This document shows positions 1-8,676 of a DNA stretch of 12,388 nt, one piece after another (position 1 is the first letter of the stretch; each line of letters opens with the position of its first letter). Below the pieces are notes generated by a model. That model saw only the letters and a list, made by a program, of their open reading frames with translations, was not told where the DNA came from and ran no database searches. The translations under genes were made by a program, and so were the position numbers. This stretch comes from Candidatus Aegiribacteria sp. (lineage in GTDB: Bacteria > Fermentibacterota > Fermentibacteria > Fermentibacterales > JCC-6): NCBI GenBank assembly GCA_046498225.1, contig JAWOBF010000134.1:1-12388 (forward strand), in the 5' to 3' direction.

Positions 1-2
1 TG

Positions 3-308
3 CTCATTCCCGGCGGGTACTCCCCGGACAGGCTCAGAGCGCACCGGGAGCCGGTCAGGTTCGCGAGGGAATTCATGGAGGCTTCCAAACCGGTCTTCGC
101 CATCTGTCACGGAGGCCAGCTGCTGATAACGGCCGATGTGCTGAGGGAAAGGGAGGTCACGGGATGGCGTTCCATAGCCCAGGACCTCAAAAACGCCGGC
201 GCCCGTTACCGGGACGCCGAAGTCGTGGAGGACGGTAACCTGGTGAGCAGCAGGCAACCCTCGGACCTTCCCGCCTTCATAGAGGCCTCCCTGAAGAGAC
301 TGGACTGA
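3..308 (+). CDS. pfpI: PfpI/DJ-1 family (type 1 glutamine amidotransferase-like) intracellular protease/deglycase, 5'-truncated by the window edge
   Basis: The frame is open from position 3: LIPGGYSPDRLRAHREPVRFAREF-MEASKPVFAICHGGQLL...VVEDGNLVSSRQPSDLPAF. The IPGG, AICHG (nucleophilic Cys) and DGNLVxSRxPxDLPAF motifs are hallmarks of PfpI. The ORF-track ATG at 75 is internal. Confidence 0.92.
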   Translation, partial: LIPGGYSPDRLRAHREPVRFAREFMEASKPVFAICHGGQLLITADVLREREVTGWRSIAQDLKNAGARYRDAEVVEDGNLVSSRQPSDLPAFIEASLKRLD

Positions 309-367
309 AGGCCGGAGAGCCTGCGGCCTCGGATGGGCGCAGGTCCGGCGGAATGCGGGGGCGACAC

Positions 368-396
368 TTGATTTGAAGGGCCGCCGGAAGTATTTT
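368..396 (+). promoter_or_regulatory. Putative sigma70-type promoter for the ackA-PPIase genes
   Basis: TTGATT (368-373), a 17 bp spacer and TATTTT (391-396) lie in an AT-richer intergenic patch 78 bp upstream of the ackA ATG. Confidence 0.45.
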
Positions 397-473
397 TATG
401 GTTGCTTTCTATACGATCGTCATGGCGGACGTTGCCGGCGAAATCAGTCCAATTCCCATCCATGGAGGCCTTC

Positions 474-1670
474 ATGAAGATTCTGGTCATAAACAGCGGT
501 AGCTCTTCCATCAAGTTCAAGCTCATCGATATGGACGGCGAGATTCTGCTCGCGGAGGGGCTTCTGGAGAGGATAGGTCTTCCGGAGGGAAGGATAAAGT
601 TCAAAAGCGGTGACAACACCATAATACTCGAGGACCCGATACCCGACCATAAGACCGGTCTCTCATTCCTCCTGGACGGACTGACAAATCCCGAATACGG
701 TCCCATTGAGGATTACGGCGAGATAGGCGCGGTGGGCCACCGCGTTGTCCACGGCGGGGAGAAGTTCACCTCCTCGGTGGTGATAGATGACGATGTGATA
801 GCCGGAATAGAGGAATGCAGCTTCATGGCTCCGCTTCACAATCCGCCCAATCTTCAGGGCATCAGGGCCGCCAAGGAGACCCTGCCGGATACTCCGAACA
901 TCGCCGTATTCGATACGGCCTTCCACCAGACGATGCCCCCGGTCTCCTACATCTACGCTCTCCCCTACAGAATCTTCGAGGAAGAGCGGATGAGGAGGTT
1001 CGGCTTCCACGGCCCCTCCCACCAGTTCGTGGCCCAGCAGGCGGCGGAAATGATAGGCAAGCCCCTGGAGGAACTCTGCATCATTACCTGCCATCTGGGT
1101 AACGGCAGCAGCCTGACGGCGGTGAAGCACGGCAGGAGCATCGATACAAGCCTGGGCTACGGAACGGCCTGCGGAGTGGTCATGGGCACAAGGTGCGGTG
1201 ACGTGGACTCCGCCGTTCTGATAGACCTGGTGGAGAACAAGGGCTACTCCATCGGCGAGGTCAAGGAGATGGTCTACAAGAAGAGCGGCGTTGCCGGTAT
1301 CTCCGGTATTTCCAGCGACCAGCGCGACGTGGAGGAGGCCGCCGAGGAGGGGCACGAGAGGGCGCAGCTCGCCCTGGACCTCTACGCCTCCAGCGTGAGG
1401 AAGTACATAGGGGCGTACGCCGTCACCATGGGCGCGCTGGACGCCATAGTGTTCACAGCGGGCGTGGGGGAGAACGCCCCTGAAATGCGGGAGAGAATAG
1501 TACTGGGACTGGAAGTCCTTGGAGTATGCATAGACCTCGAGGCCAACAAATGCAGGGCTGTCCAGAGGGACATAACCGGCCCCGAGAGCAGGGTGAAGGT
1601 GCTGATAATCCCCACCAACGAAGAATTGATGATAGCCAGAGAGACCAACCGTCTCTCGGAAGGGAAATAA
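474..1670 (+). CDS. ackA: Acetate kinase (acetate/propionate kinase family), 398 aa
   Basis: Motifs MKILVINSGSSSIKF, GHRVVHGG, APLHN, AVFDTAFH, GFHG, CHLGNGSS, MGTR, VFTAGVGEN and IPTNEELMIA are present. The start was moved to ATG 474 because GGAGG (464-468) precedes it and the family N-terminus begins there. Confidence 0.95.
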   Translation: MKILVINSGSSSIKFKLIDMDGEILLAEGLLERIGLPEGRIKFKSGDNTIILEDPIPDHKTGLSFLLDGLTNPEYGPIEDYGEIGAVGHRVVHGGEKFTSSVVIDDDVIAGIEECSFMAPLHNPPNLQGIRAAKETLPDTPNIAVFDTAFHQTMPPVSYIYALPYRIFEEERMRRFGFHGPSHQFVAQQAAEMIGKPLEELCIITCHLGNGSSLTAVKHGRSIDTSLGYGTACGVVMGTRCGDVDSAVLIDLVENKGYSIGEVKEMVYKKSGVAGISGISSDQRDVEEAAEEGHERAQLALDLYASSVRKYIGAYAVTMGALDAIVFTAGVGENAPEMRERIVLGLEVLGVCIDLEANKCRAVQRDITGPESRVKVLIIPTNEELMIARETNRLSEGK

Positions 1671-1671
1671 A

Positions 1672-2451
1672 ATGACATACGGAAAAATAACGGTCCTGAT
1701 CGCGGTACTGGTCATGAGCTTCGCCGCATGCGGTGGTGAAGGCAACGGAGAATCCGCGGAAGCAAGACCCCCGGAAGAGACAGCTGAACCCGTTGAGCCG
1801 GCTGTTGCCGAAGGGCCGCAGATGGTCTACGCCAGCCATGTCCTCATCCCCTTCCAGGGTTGCGAGCAGGCCCCGGAGGACGCCCTTGAAAGGGAGGAAG
1901 CCCTGGAGCTCCTCACTTCGGTGGCCGACAGCATCGAGGCCGGCACGATGACCTTCGCCCGGGCCGCGGAGAAGTATTCGTCCTGTCCCTCATCGGAGCA
2001 GGGAGGTTTCCTCGGAGGTTTCATGAGAGGCCAGATGGTGCCGGAGTTCGAGAACGTGGCGTTCAGCATGGAGCCCGGAACGGTATCTGACGTCTTCGAG
2101 ACCGGCTTCGGCTATCACATCGTGTACCGGGAGCCCACTGTCAGCGCCAGCCATATCCTCATAGCCTACGAGGGCGCCGAGAGAAGCCAGGCCACAAGGA
2201 CCCGCGAAGAGGCCCTCGAGCTGATAGAGTCATTGATGGACAGCATCTACAGCGATGAACTGGCCTTCGAGGAAGCGGCCAGGCGCTACTCCGACTGCCC
2301 CTCCGGCCAGGAGGGCGGGGACCTCGGTCCCTTCTCCCGGAACGTGATGACCCCCGGTTTCGAGGACGCCGCCTTCGCCATAGAGGTTGATGATATCTCC
2401 GGCATAGTGGAAACCCCCTTCGGTTTCCACCTCATTCTCCGCACCGAGTAG
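1672..2451 (+). CDS. Peptidyl-prolyl cis-trans isomerase lipoprotein with two tandem parvulin (PpiC/rotamase) domains
   Basis: The signal peptide has a lipobox-like FAA-C (Cys codon 1729-1731) followed by an acidic Pro-rich linker. Two domains each show ASH(V/I)LI...A.(K/R)YSxCPS...GGxLGxFxR..M.P.FE..AF......S...ETxFG(Y/F)H. The gene starts 1 bp after the ackA stop. Confidence 0.93.
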   Translation: MTYGKITVLIAVLVMSFAACGGEGNGESAEARPPEETAEPVEPAVAEGPQMVYASHVLIPFQGCEQAPEDALEREEALELLTSVADSIEAGTMTFARAAEKYSSCPSSEQGGFLGGFMRGQMVPEFENVAFSMEPGTVSDVFETGFGYHIVYREPTVSASHILIAYEGAERSQATRTREEALELIESLMDSIYSDELAFEEAARRYSDCPSGQEGGDLGPFSRNVMTPGFEDAAFAIEVDDISGIVETPFGFHLILRTE

Positions 2452-2517
2452 GGTCAGAGGCAGCGGGGGCCGGCAACCCTCCGCTATAAATACCGGCTGT
2501 TCGAAGGGATATCTCCA

Positions 2518-5256
2518 ATGCCAGATGAGGGATCCGAACCGAAGAGATCGAGTAACTGGCATTCGCTGACATCGGAACAGGTCATTGAGCACCTGGACAG
2601 TACCAAAGATGGGCTCTCCGATGATGAGGCGGAGAGAAGGCTCTCTCAATATGGGGGGAACACACTGGAGTCCGGAGGCGGACCCGGTATTCTTGAGATA
2701 GCGGTCAGGCAGATCAGGAGTCCCCTGATATACCTTCTTCTTGCCGCCGCGGCTCTTTCCTACGCCACCGGTCATACGGTGGATGCTCTGGTCATACTGG
2801 CCGTGGTGCTTCTCAACACTTTTCTCGGTGTATTTCAGGAGTACAGGGCGGAACAGGCGCTTTCGGCCATAAGGAAAATGGTCACCAGCAGTGCGACGGT
2901 CCTTCGGGGCGGACGCGAGGTGGAGGCGGATACCGCCGATATCGTCCCGGGGGATATCATTGTCGTCTCGGCCGGAAGCCGCGTACCGGCCGATGCCCGG
3001 ATAATCCGCTCCTCCAGCCTTTCGGCCGACGAATCGTCGCTCACTGGAGAATCGGTCCCGGTGAACAAAGACCCTGAACCCGTCGACAGCGACACTTCTC
3101 TGGGCGACCGGTCCTCCATGCTGTACATGTCGACTATCGTCACCGACGGCCGGGGCTTTGCCGTCGTGACCGACACCGGCATGGATACCGAGATGGGCGG
3201 AATAGCCGGAGACATGCTGTCTACCGAGAGGGAAGACACACCGCTTCAGAGAAGGATAGGCAGACTGGCCAACATCATAGGCGTTTCCGGCGTCAGCCTG
3301 GCCGCGCTGATGATGGGCATCGGGGTTCTGAAGGGCTACGGTTTCGGTGAGATCTCACTGTACGCCGTGGCTATCGCCGTATCCGCCATACCGGAAGGTC
3401 TTCCCGCCGCCATCAGTGTCACGCTTGCGGCCGGAGTAAGAAGGATGGCCGGCCGGAACGCCATCGTACGCAGGCTTCCCGCCGTGGAGACCCTGGGCTC
3501 GACCACCGTCATCTGTTCCGACAAGACCGGGACCATCACCAGGGGGGAGATGACTGTAAGAAAGATGTTCGCCGGCTGTGAGATGTACACCGTCGAAGGC
3601 ATCGGCTACGAACCGGAGGGAGACGTCAAGCCGGAGGACGGCGGGGAATGGGACGGCGGCGGGGACCTGGAGAAGTTCCTTCGGATCGGGGCCTACGCCA
3701 ACGACTCGAATCTGGTTCAGAAGGATGACATGTGGACCGTCAGGGGAATGCCCACCGACGGCGCCCTCATTGTCGCCGCCCGGAAGGCCGGTGTCTGTCC
3801 CGATGAGATTCGCAGCGTGGACAGACTGGATGAGATCCCCTTCTCCAGCGACATCAAATACATGGCAGCCCTTCACCCGGGGAAGGGAGACGATCCGGTA
3901 TCCTTCGTAAAAGGCGCTCCGGACCGGATACTGGAGTTCTGCTCCGGGTATCTGAAGGACGGGGAAGTGCATCCCATGTCATCAGGGAAAAAGGATGATT
4001 TCGAGAGGGTCTACAGGGACCTCACCTCTGAAGGCCTGAGAGTCCTTGCCGGGGCTTACCGGGAGATGGACAGCCACAGGAAGGAGATAGTCCACGAGGA
4101 TGTCGAGACCGATCTCGTCTTCGCCGGGTTCTGGGGTATAAGCGACCCTCCGCGTGAGGACGCCTTGGAATCCATCAGGGCTGCGTCCGGAGCCGGAATA
4201 AAGGTCGTCATGCTCACCGGCGACCATGCGGACACCGCCATGGCCATAGCCCGTCAGACCGGTCTGGCCGATGACGGGGCGGAAGCCCTCATCGGGAAGG
4301 ACCTGGAGGAGATGGATGACGATGACGTCGCCCGGAGGACCCTGGCTAGCAGGGTGCTTGCCCGTGTCAGCCCGTCCCATAAGATGAAAATACTGAAGTC
4401 CCTGAAGGCCGCCGGTGAAATTGTGGCCATGACCGGTGACGGAGTGAACGACGCTCCTGCCCTGAAGTCGGCGGATATCGGTGTCGCCATGGGCAGGTCC
4501 GGTACAGAGGTTGCGAAGGAAGCGGCCGATATGGTCCTGACCGACGACAACTTCTCGACCATCGTCAAAGCAATTGAAGAGGGCAGGATAATCTTCAGCA
4601 ACCTCCGCCGGGTGGTATTCTTCCTCATAACCACGAACCTGGGCGAGATAATCATGCTGTCCACCGCCATACTGCTGGGACTGAAGCTGCCGCTGCAGGC
4701 GGTGATGATAATCTGGATAAACCTGGTCACCGACGGGGTGGCCACCGTTCCGCTGGGACTGGAGCCGGGACATCGAAATGTTCTGAATGATCCTCCGCTT
4801 TCACCCGAGGCGGGCGTGCTGGACCGTACCCTGATTCGAAGGATACTCTTCCTTTCGCCGCTGATGGCCGCCGGCACCCTGGCCCTGTTCTCCTTCGTCC
4901 TTTCCCGCGAGAGCCTGCCCTATGCGCAGACGGTGGCATTCGTCACACTGGCGGCCTTCCAGTGGTTCCACACCCTTAACGCCCGGTCCAGGTACAGGTC
5001 CGTTTTCCGGGTGGGACTGTTCTCCAACAAGTGGGTGATTGTTGGTCTGGCGTCCGGTATCGTTCTGCAGGTCCTTGCCGTTCACACTCCGCTGGGCCAC
5101 AGCGCGTTGGGCACCGTGCCCATAAGTCCTCTCCACTGGGCTATGGCGCTGGCGGTGAGCTCCAGCATACTCCTGGTGGATGAACTGCTGAAACTCCTGG
5201 GAGTTCACGGCAGTGAGCCCGGACGGGATACAGGAACTTCGAAAGGATCAGAATGA
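2518..5256 (+). CDS. Cation-transporting P-type ATPase, type IIA (Ca2+-ATPase-like), 912 aa
   Basis: Motifs DESSLTGES, AIPEGLP, CSDKTGT (phosphorylated Asp), KGAP, DPPR, TGD and MTGDGVNDAPAL are present, with TM5 NLGE and TM6 WINLVTDG. An RBS-like GAAGGGA lies upstream. Confidence 0.96.
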   Translation: MPDEGSEPKRSSNWHSLTSEQVIEHLDSTKDGLSDDEAERRLSQYGGNTLESGGGPGILEIAVRQIRSPLIYLLLAAAALSYATGHTVDALVILAVVLLNTFLGVFQEYRAEQALSAIRKMVTSSATVLRGGREVEADTADIVPGDIIVVSAGSRVPADARIIRSSSLSADESSLTGESVPVNKDPEPVDSDTSLGDRSSMLYMSTIVTDGRGFAVVTDTGMDTEMGGIAGDMLSTEREDTPLQRRIGRLANIIGVSGVSLAALMMGIGVLKGYGFGEISLYAVAIAVSAIPEGLPAAISVTLAAGVRRMAGRNAIVRRLPAVETLGSTTVICSDKTGTITRGEMTVRKMFAGCEMYTVEGIGYEPEGDVKPEDGGEWDGGGDLEKFLRIGAYANDSNLVQKDDMWTVRGMPTDGALIVAARKAGVCPDEIRSVDRLDEIPFSSDIKYMAALHPGKGDDPVSFVKGAPDRILEFCSGYLKDGEVHPMSSGKKDDFERVYRDLTSEGLRVLAGAYREMDSHRKEIVHEDVETDLVFAGFWGISDPPREDALESIRAASGAGIKVVMLTGDHADTAMAIARQTGLADDGAEALIGKDLEEMDDDDVARRTLASRVLARVSPSHKMKILKSLKAAGEIVAMTGDGVNDAPALKSADIGVAMGRSGTEVAKEAADMVLTDDNFSTIVKAIEEGRIIFSNLRRVVFFLITTNLGEIIMLSTAILLGLKLPLQAVMIIWINLVTDGVATVPLGLEPGHRNVLNDPPLSPEAGVLDRTLIRRILFLSPLMAAGTLALFSFVLSRESLPYAQTVAFVTLAAFQWFHTLNARSRYRSVFRVGLFSNKWVIVGLASGIVLQVLAVHTPLGHSALGTVPISPLHWAMALAVSSSILLVDELLKLLGVHGSEPGRDTGTSKGSE

Positions 5257-6809
5257 AACGTTTGTTCAGGATAGCAGGTGAACTGAAGGACCTGCAGGTC
5301 AGGGCCGGCAGACTCGCCTGGACCAAGTACACCACGGGTTACGATTTCGGTGTCATGGATGTTCAGCGTGAGATCCAGGAGAAGCTGAAGGACGGCCGCA
5401 GCTGGGAAACCATCCAGGCGCTCCTTGCAGATGAGCTCAACGCCCTCGACCGAAGGCGGGTGGAAATAATGGAGAGGGTCTTCAGGCCCTACCATCTGTC
5501 CGAAGAACTAAACCGCCTGTCGCTGGAAATAGCGGAGAAGACAAATCAGCTCTCTTCAATTCTGAACACTCACAGGTGCAGAGTGGGGGGGGAGGAGATG
5601 ACCGGCCCCCGAATATCCCGCATCCTTTCCTCGGAGCCGGACAGGGACCTGAGAAGGAGAGCTTTCCTGGCAAGGACCCAGGTGAACGCGCCCCTGGTAA
5701 AGGCAGGTTTCGTTGAGCTTCTGGAACTGAGGAAGGAATTCGCCCGTGAATACGGCGCACCGGATTACGTTCACTGCCAGCTGGAGAACCAGGAGCTGGA
5801 CCCAGCCATGTTCCATTCATGGAAGGATGAACTGAACTCTGTTCAGCCCCTGATACGGAGCATCCGCGCCTCCTTCGGTGAAGAGGTGCTGGGCGACCCC
5901 GAGGTAATGCCCTGGGATGATGCCTATATCGCGGGCAGGATAGCCCCGGAGCTCAACAGCCGGGTCAGCATGGTGGATTATTACCGTCCCGTCAGCCGGC
6001 TGTTTCTAAGCTTCGGAATAGATATCACCGGAATGAATATCACCTACGACATTTTTCCCAGGAGGAACAAATCCGAATGGGGATACAACTTCCCGGTGGA
6101 GAGCGGTGTGGATTCCAGGATACTGGCGAACGTTCAGGACAGGTACTTCGAGTTCGGAGTGCTTCTCCACGAAACCGGCCACGCGGTACACAGCTTCTCG
6201 CTGGACCCCGAAGAAGTCATTCTGAACATGGGGATAAGCGGAATAGTATCCGAGGGGGTGGCCAACCTCTTCGGAGGTTTCAGATCACGCAGAGAGTTCT
6301 ATTCGGAGTTCTTCCGGGAAAGCCTCGAGGATGCGGCGGGGCACTTCCTGAGGCTGGACCTCTGGAACAGGATAATGAGGCTGCGGACCGTGTCCAGAAT
6401 TCTCTTCGACCAGTCCCTCTACCGCACCAGCCTGGAGAGCATAGATGATATTCACCGGCTGGTCTGGCAGACCCGCGGCGAAGTCCTGGGCGAGGAGCCA
6501 TACGCGGACGAGCCGGTATGGGCCAGCACCATCCATTACACCACCCATCCCATCTATCTGCATAATTACCTTCTCGGCGACCTGACATGTGACATGCTGG
6601 AGGAGGTCTTCACAGAGAGGGAAAACGTAAGTGATGTGATGGAGAAACCCCGGCGGTTCGGCCGGTTCATACTGGAGGAAGTCATCGGAGTATCGGGCAG
6701 GTATCCCTTCCCTCAGCTGTTCCGAAGGCTGAGCGGGCAGGACCTGTCGCTGGATTTTCTTCTGCGCGGGATGAGAGAAGCAGCTGATCGCGCATCGGGG
6801 GATTTCTGA
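5253..6809 (+). CDS. Zinc metallopeptidase, gluzincin M3/M2-like (oligoendopeptidase-like), probably cytoplasmic
   Basis: LLHETGHAVH (HEXXH) is followed about 24 residues later by SEGVA (third ligand Glu), and a C-terminal HYTTHPIYLHNYLLG resembles the M3/M2 His/Tyr motif. The sequence looks helical and lacks a signal peptide. It overlaps the ATPase stop by ATGA, with AAAGGA at 5242-5247. Confidence 0.75.
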   Translation: MKRLFRIAGELKDLQVRAGRLAWTKYTTGYDFGVMDVQREIQEKLKDGRSWETIQALLADELNALDRRRVEIMERVFRPYHLSEELNRLSLEIAEKTNQLSSILNTHRCRVGGEEMTGPRISRILSSEPDRDLRRRAFLARTQVNAPLVKAGFVELLELRKEFAREYGAPDYVHCQLENQELDPAMFHSWKDELNSVQPLIRSIRASFGEEVLGDPEVMPWDDAYIAGRIAPELNSRVSMVDYYRPVSRLFLSFGIDITGMNITYDIFPRRNKSEWGYNFPVESGVDSRILANVQDRYFEFGVLLHETGHAVHSFSLDPEEVILNMGISGIVSEGVANLFGGFRSRREFYSEFFRESLEDAAGHFLRLDLWNRIMRLRTVSRILFDQSLYRTSLESIDDIHRLVWQTRGEVLGEEPYADEPVWASTIHYTTHPIYLHNYLLGDLTCDMLEEVFTERENVSDVMEKPRRFGRFILEEVIGVSGRYPFPQLFRRLSGQDLSLDFLLRGMREAADRASGDF

Positions 6810-6824
6810 CCGTTTTCCGGCCGA

Positions 6825-8606
6825 TCACTCCCAGGGGTAATCCTCAGGGTCGACGGACCTGGCGATGATTGCCTCGATGTAAGTTTCCAGTTTTCGCGAG
6901 AGTTCACTCCTCGATGGGGGCAGCGATTCGGCCACACTCATGATTCTTCCGTACCAGACAAGAAGTGTTTCGGTACCGGCATCCGGCGGAAGACCGGAGA
7001 GGGAGATAATGTTCTCGGCCAGAAAGACAAGGTCATCCGTCTCCTCGGGAGGGAACGCGGCGGCGTTCAGAGCCAGCACGTTCCTGTAATGCAGGGTCAC
7101 CGGAGCGGTCCTGAGGGCGTTCAGGTATGAGACCGAGGCTTCCCGCGGCCGTCCGGTGGCTGCCTGCGCTTCCGCCTGCATTACCCATCCCCTCCAGTAA
7201 CCGGGATAGATACTGTTGAATGTTTCGGCCGAGAGCAGTGCTTCCTCCCAATTGCCCGCATCCATGTACGCCCTGGTCATGAACAGCCGGCCCCGTTCCT
7301 CGAATGGTATCAGGGATGTGCTTTCCCGGAAGATCTCAGCGGTCTCTCCGGGGGGAACCGCGCCGGAAAGGGCGGCAATCCTTCCCTGTTCCAGAAGCCG
7401 GTAGCCCCGTATGATGATAATGCTCCAGACCAGTGAGAGGACAAGAAGCATGATGATAAAAGGCAGTGGAATGCGAACGCTTTCTTCGGGTTCCCGCCCG
7501 TTCAGCACGGCCCCCAGGCAGAGAGCGGCAGGCAGAGCCCCCAGGGGCGTGGCGAGGGGAAGGTCCACCGCCAGAATGATCCACACACAAACAAGTATGG
7601 CTCCCTCACCGGGAGAGAATCTTCTTCCCGCGATCCGCAATCCCGCCAGAATGAGTATCAGAAGTCCCGCGATTCCCCACTCCACCACGGGGGTCAGCAC
7701 GTCCGAGTGCAGGTGGTCTATCCTCCTGTCCGGGTCACCGGCGAGGGCCTGGGCCCTCTCTCCGGAATCCTGCATCAGTGTGAGCCGCGACTGACCGGTT
7801 CCCGTCCCCAGGGGAATGCTCCCTGTCAGCTGGACCGATCCCGCCTTCCATATACGGCATCTGAGCTCCAGGGTGGGCGCCACTCTCTCCGCGATACCGG
7901 GCAGCCCGATGAGGATCATCTGTCCCCCCAGCAGGACCAGCAGCAGGTATCCCGGATGGAAGTTCCTTCTCAAAGTGATGAGATACCAGAGGGCGCCGAT
8001 GGCAGCCGCGGCCATGGCGGCGATGAAGCTGGTGAGCAGAAGAGCTGTACCGGTGAGGACTGCCGCGGGCAGCCTTATCATAACTCTGCGGGAAGCGGCC
8101 CCGGTCATGGATATCAGGAATCCCGCGGCCAGCAGGATTCCGGGCCTGTTGGGATTTCCCCAGGGCAGGTCTCCGGGTACCGCTATCTCGACCATGGCGG
8201 CAGCGACGGAAACCGTCAGAAGAGTTATCCAGATGGACCTGGTTCCGTCTGTACGGGCGACTCCGGCCGCTCCGGCCACCATGAGGCCGAAGGACATCCA
8301 CCTCACCGAGGGCAGTACGCTCTGAAGCGGGACCGGGGCCCATATCGTTCCCAGAAGAGGAACCAAGCAAAGCGCTGACCCACCGATGACAGCCCAGCGG
8401 GGAACCGACCTCCGTCCCGCCAGGAGCACTATCACGGCGGAAAGGGGGAAGACGGCCAGCCGGGCAGTAAGGGTGGTGTCGAAGAGTCCCGGGACCACCA
8501 GGAATGTGGACAGAAGAAGCGCCACCGTCACAAGGACACCGTTTGCGGCTTTCCCTGAGAGATTCAGGAATACCGGCTTCCACTTACCGTGAGGGGATGG
8601 CTGCAT
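6825..8606 (-). CDS. O-antigen ligase (Wzy_C)/O-oligosaccharyltransferase-like polytopic membrane protein with C-terminal TPR-like region
   Basis: There are many hydrophobic segments plus GNPN, RxxIW, PLGTGTG and DHLHSDVLTPVVEWGIAG (cf. HAHNxxLxxxxExGxxG of the WaaL/PglL fold). The C-terminal helical repeats (RAYMDAGNWEEAL; AQAATGRPREASVSYLNALRTAP) look like TPRs. GAGGT lies upstream of ATG 8606. Confidence 0.72.
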   Translation of the reverse strand: MQPSPHGKWKPVFLNLSGKAANGVLVTVALLLSTFLVVPGLFDTTLTARLAVFPLSAVIVLLAGRRSVPRWAVIGGSALCLVPLLGTIWAPVPLQSVLPSVRWMSFGLMVAGAAGVARTDGTRSIWITLLTVSVAAAMVEIAVPGDLPWGNPNRPGILLAAGFLISMTGAASRRVMIRLPAAVLTGTALLLTSFIAAMAAAAIGALWYLITLRRNFHPGYLLLVLLGGQMILIGLPGIAERVAPTLELRCRIWKAGSVQLTGSIPLGTGTGQSRLTLMQDSGERAQALAGDPDRRIDHLHSDVLTPVVEWGIAGLLILILAGLRIAGRRFSPGEGAILVCVWIILAVDLPLATPLGALPAALCLGAVLNGREPEESVRIPLPFIIMLLVLSLVWSIIIIRGYRLLEQGRIAALSGAVPPGETAEIFRESTSLIPFEERGRLFMTRAYMDAGNWEEALLSAETFNSIYPGYWRGWVMQAEAQAATGRPREASVSYLNALRTAPVTLHYRNVLALNAAAFPPEETDDLVFLAENIISLSGLPPDAGTETLLVWYGRIMSVAESLPPSRSELSRKLETYIEAIIARSVDPEDYPWE

Positions 8607-8676
8607 CTTCCGAATACCTCATTCCGGATTCTTCCATGAAAGGTACGTTCACAATGAGGGCGGGATCAATGGCCTG

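Noticed and set aside
402..473. N-terminal extension of the ackA ORF in the ORF track (start 402)
   Set aside because: The family N-terminus MKILVIN begins at ATG 474, directly after a GGAGG RBS. The extension is most likely 5' UTR.
663..1745. 360-aa antisense ORF over ackA
   Set aside because: It is a shadow ORF of a GC-rich coding strand with no recognisable motifs and fully overlaps a confident gene.
2462..2491. Imperfect hairpin AGCGGGGG...CCTCCGCT and adjacent TATAAA between the PPIase and ATPase genes
   Set aside because: The stem is only about 8 bp with a G-U pair and no U-tract, and there is no matching -35 box. It cannot be called as either a terminator or a promoter.
2835..5208. 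Several antisense ORFs of 130-260 aa within the P-type ATPase
   Set aside because: They have typical antisense-frame composition and no independent RBS or domain evidence.
6810..6824. Bidirectional terminator between the convergent peptidase and ligase-like genes
   Set aside because: The gap is only 15 bp and no convincing hairpin with T-tracts is visible.
8640..8669. Possible minus-strand promoter TTGATC-18bp-TACCTT before the ligase-like gene
   Set aside because: The match to consensus is weak, and read-through from the foldase gene 70 bp upstream explains expression equally well.
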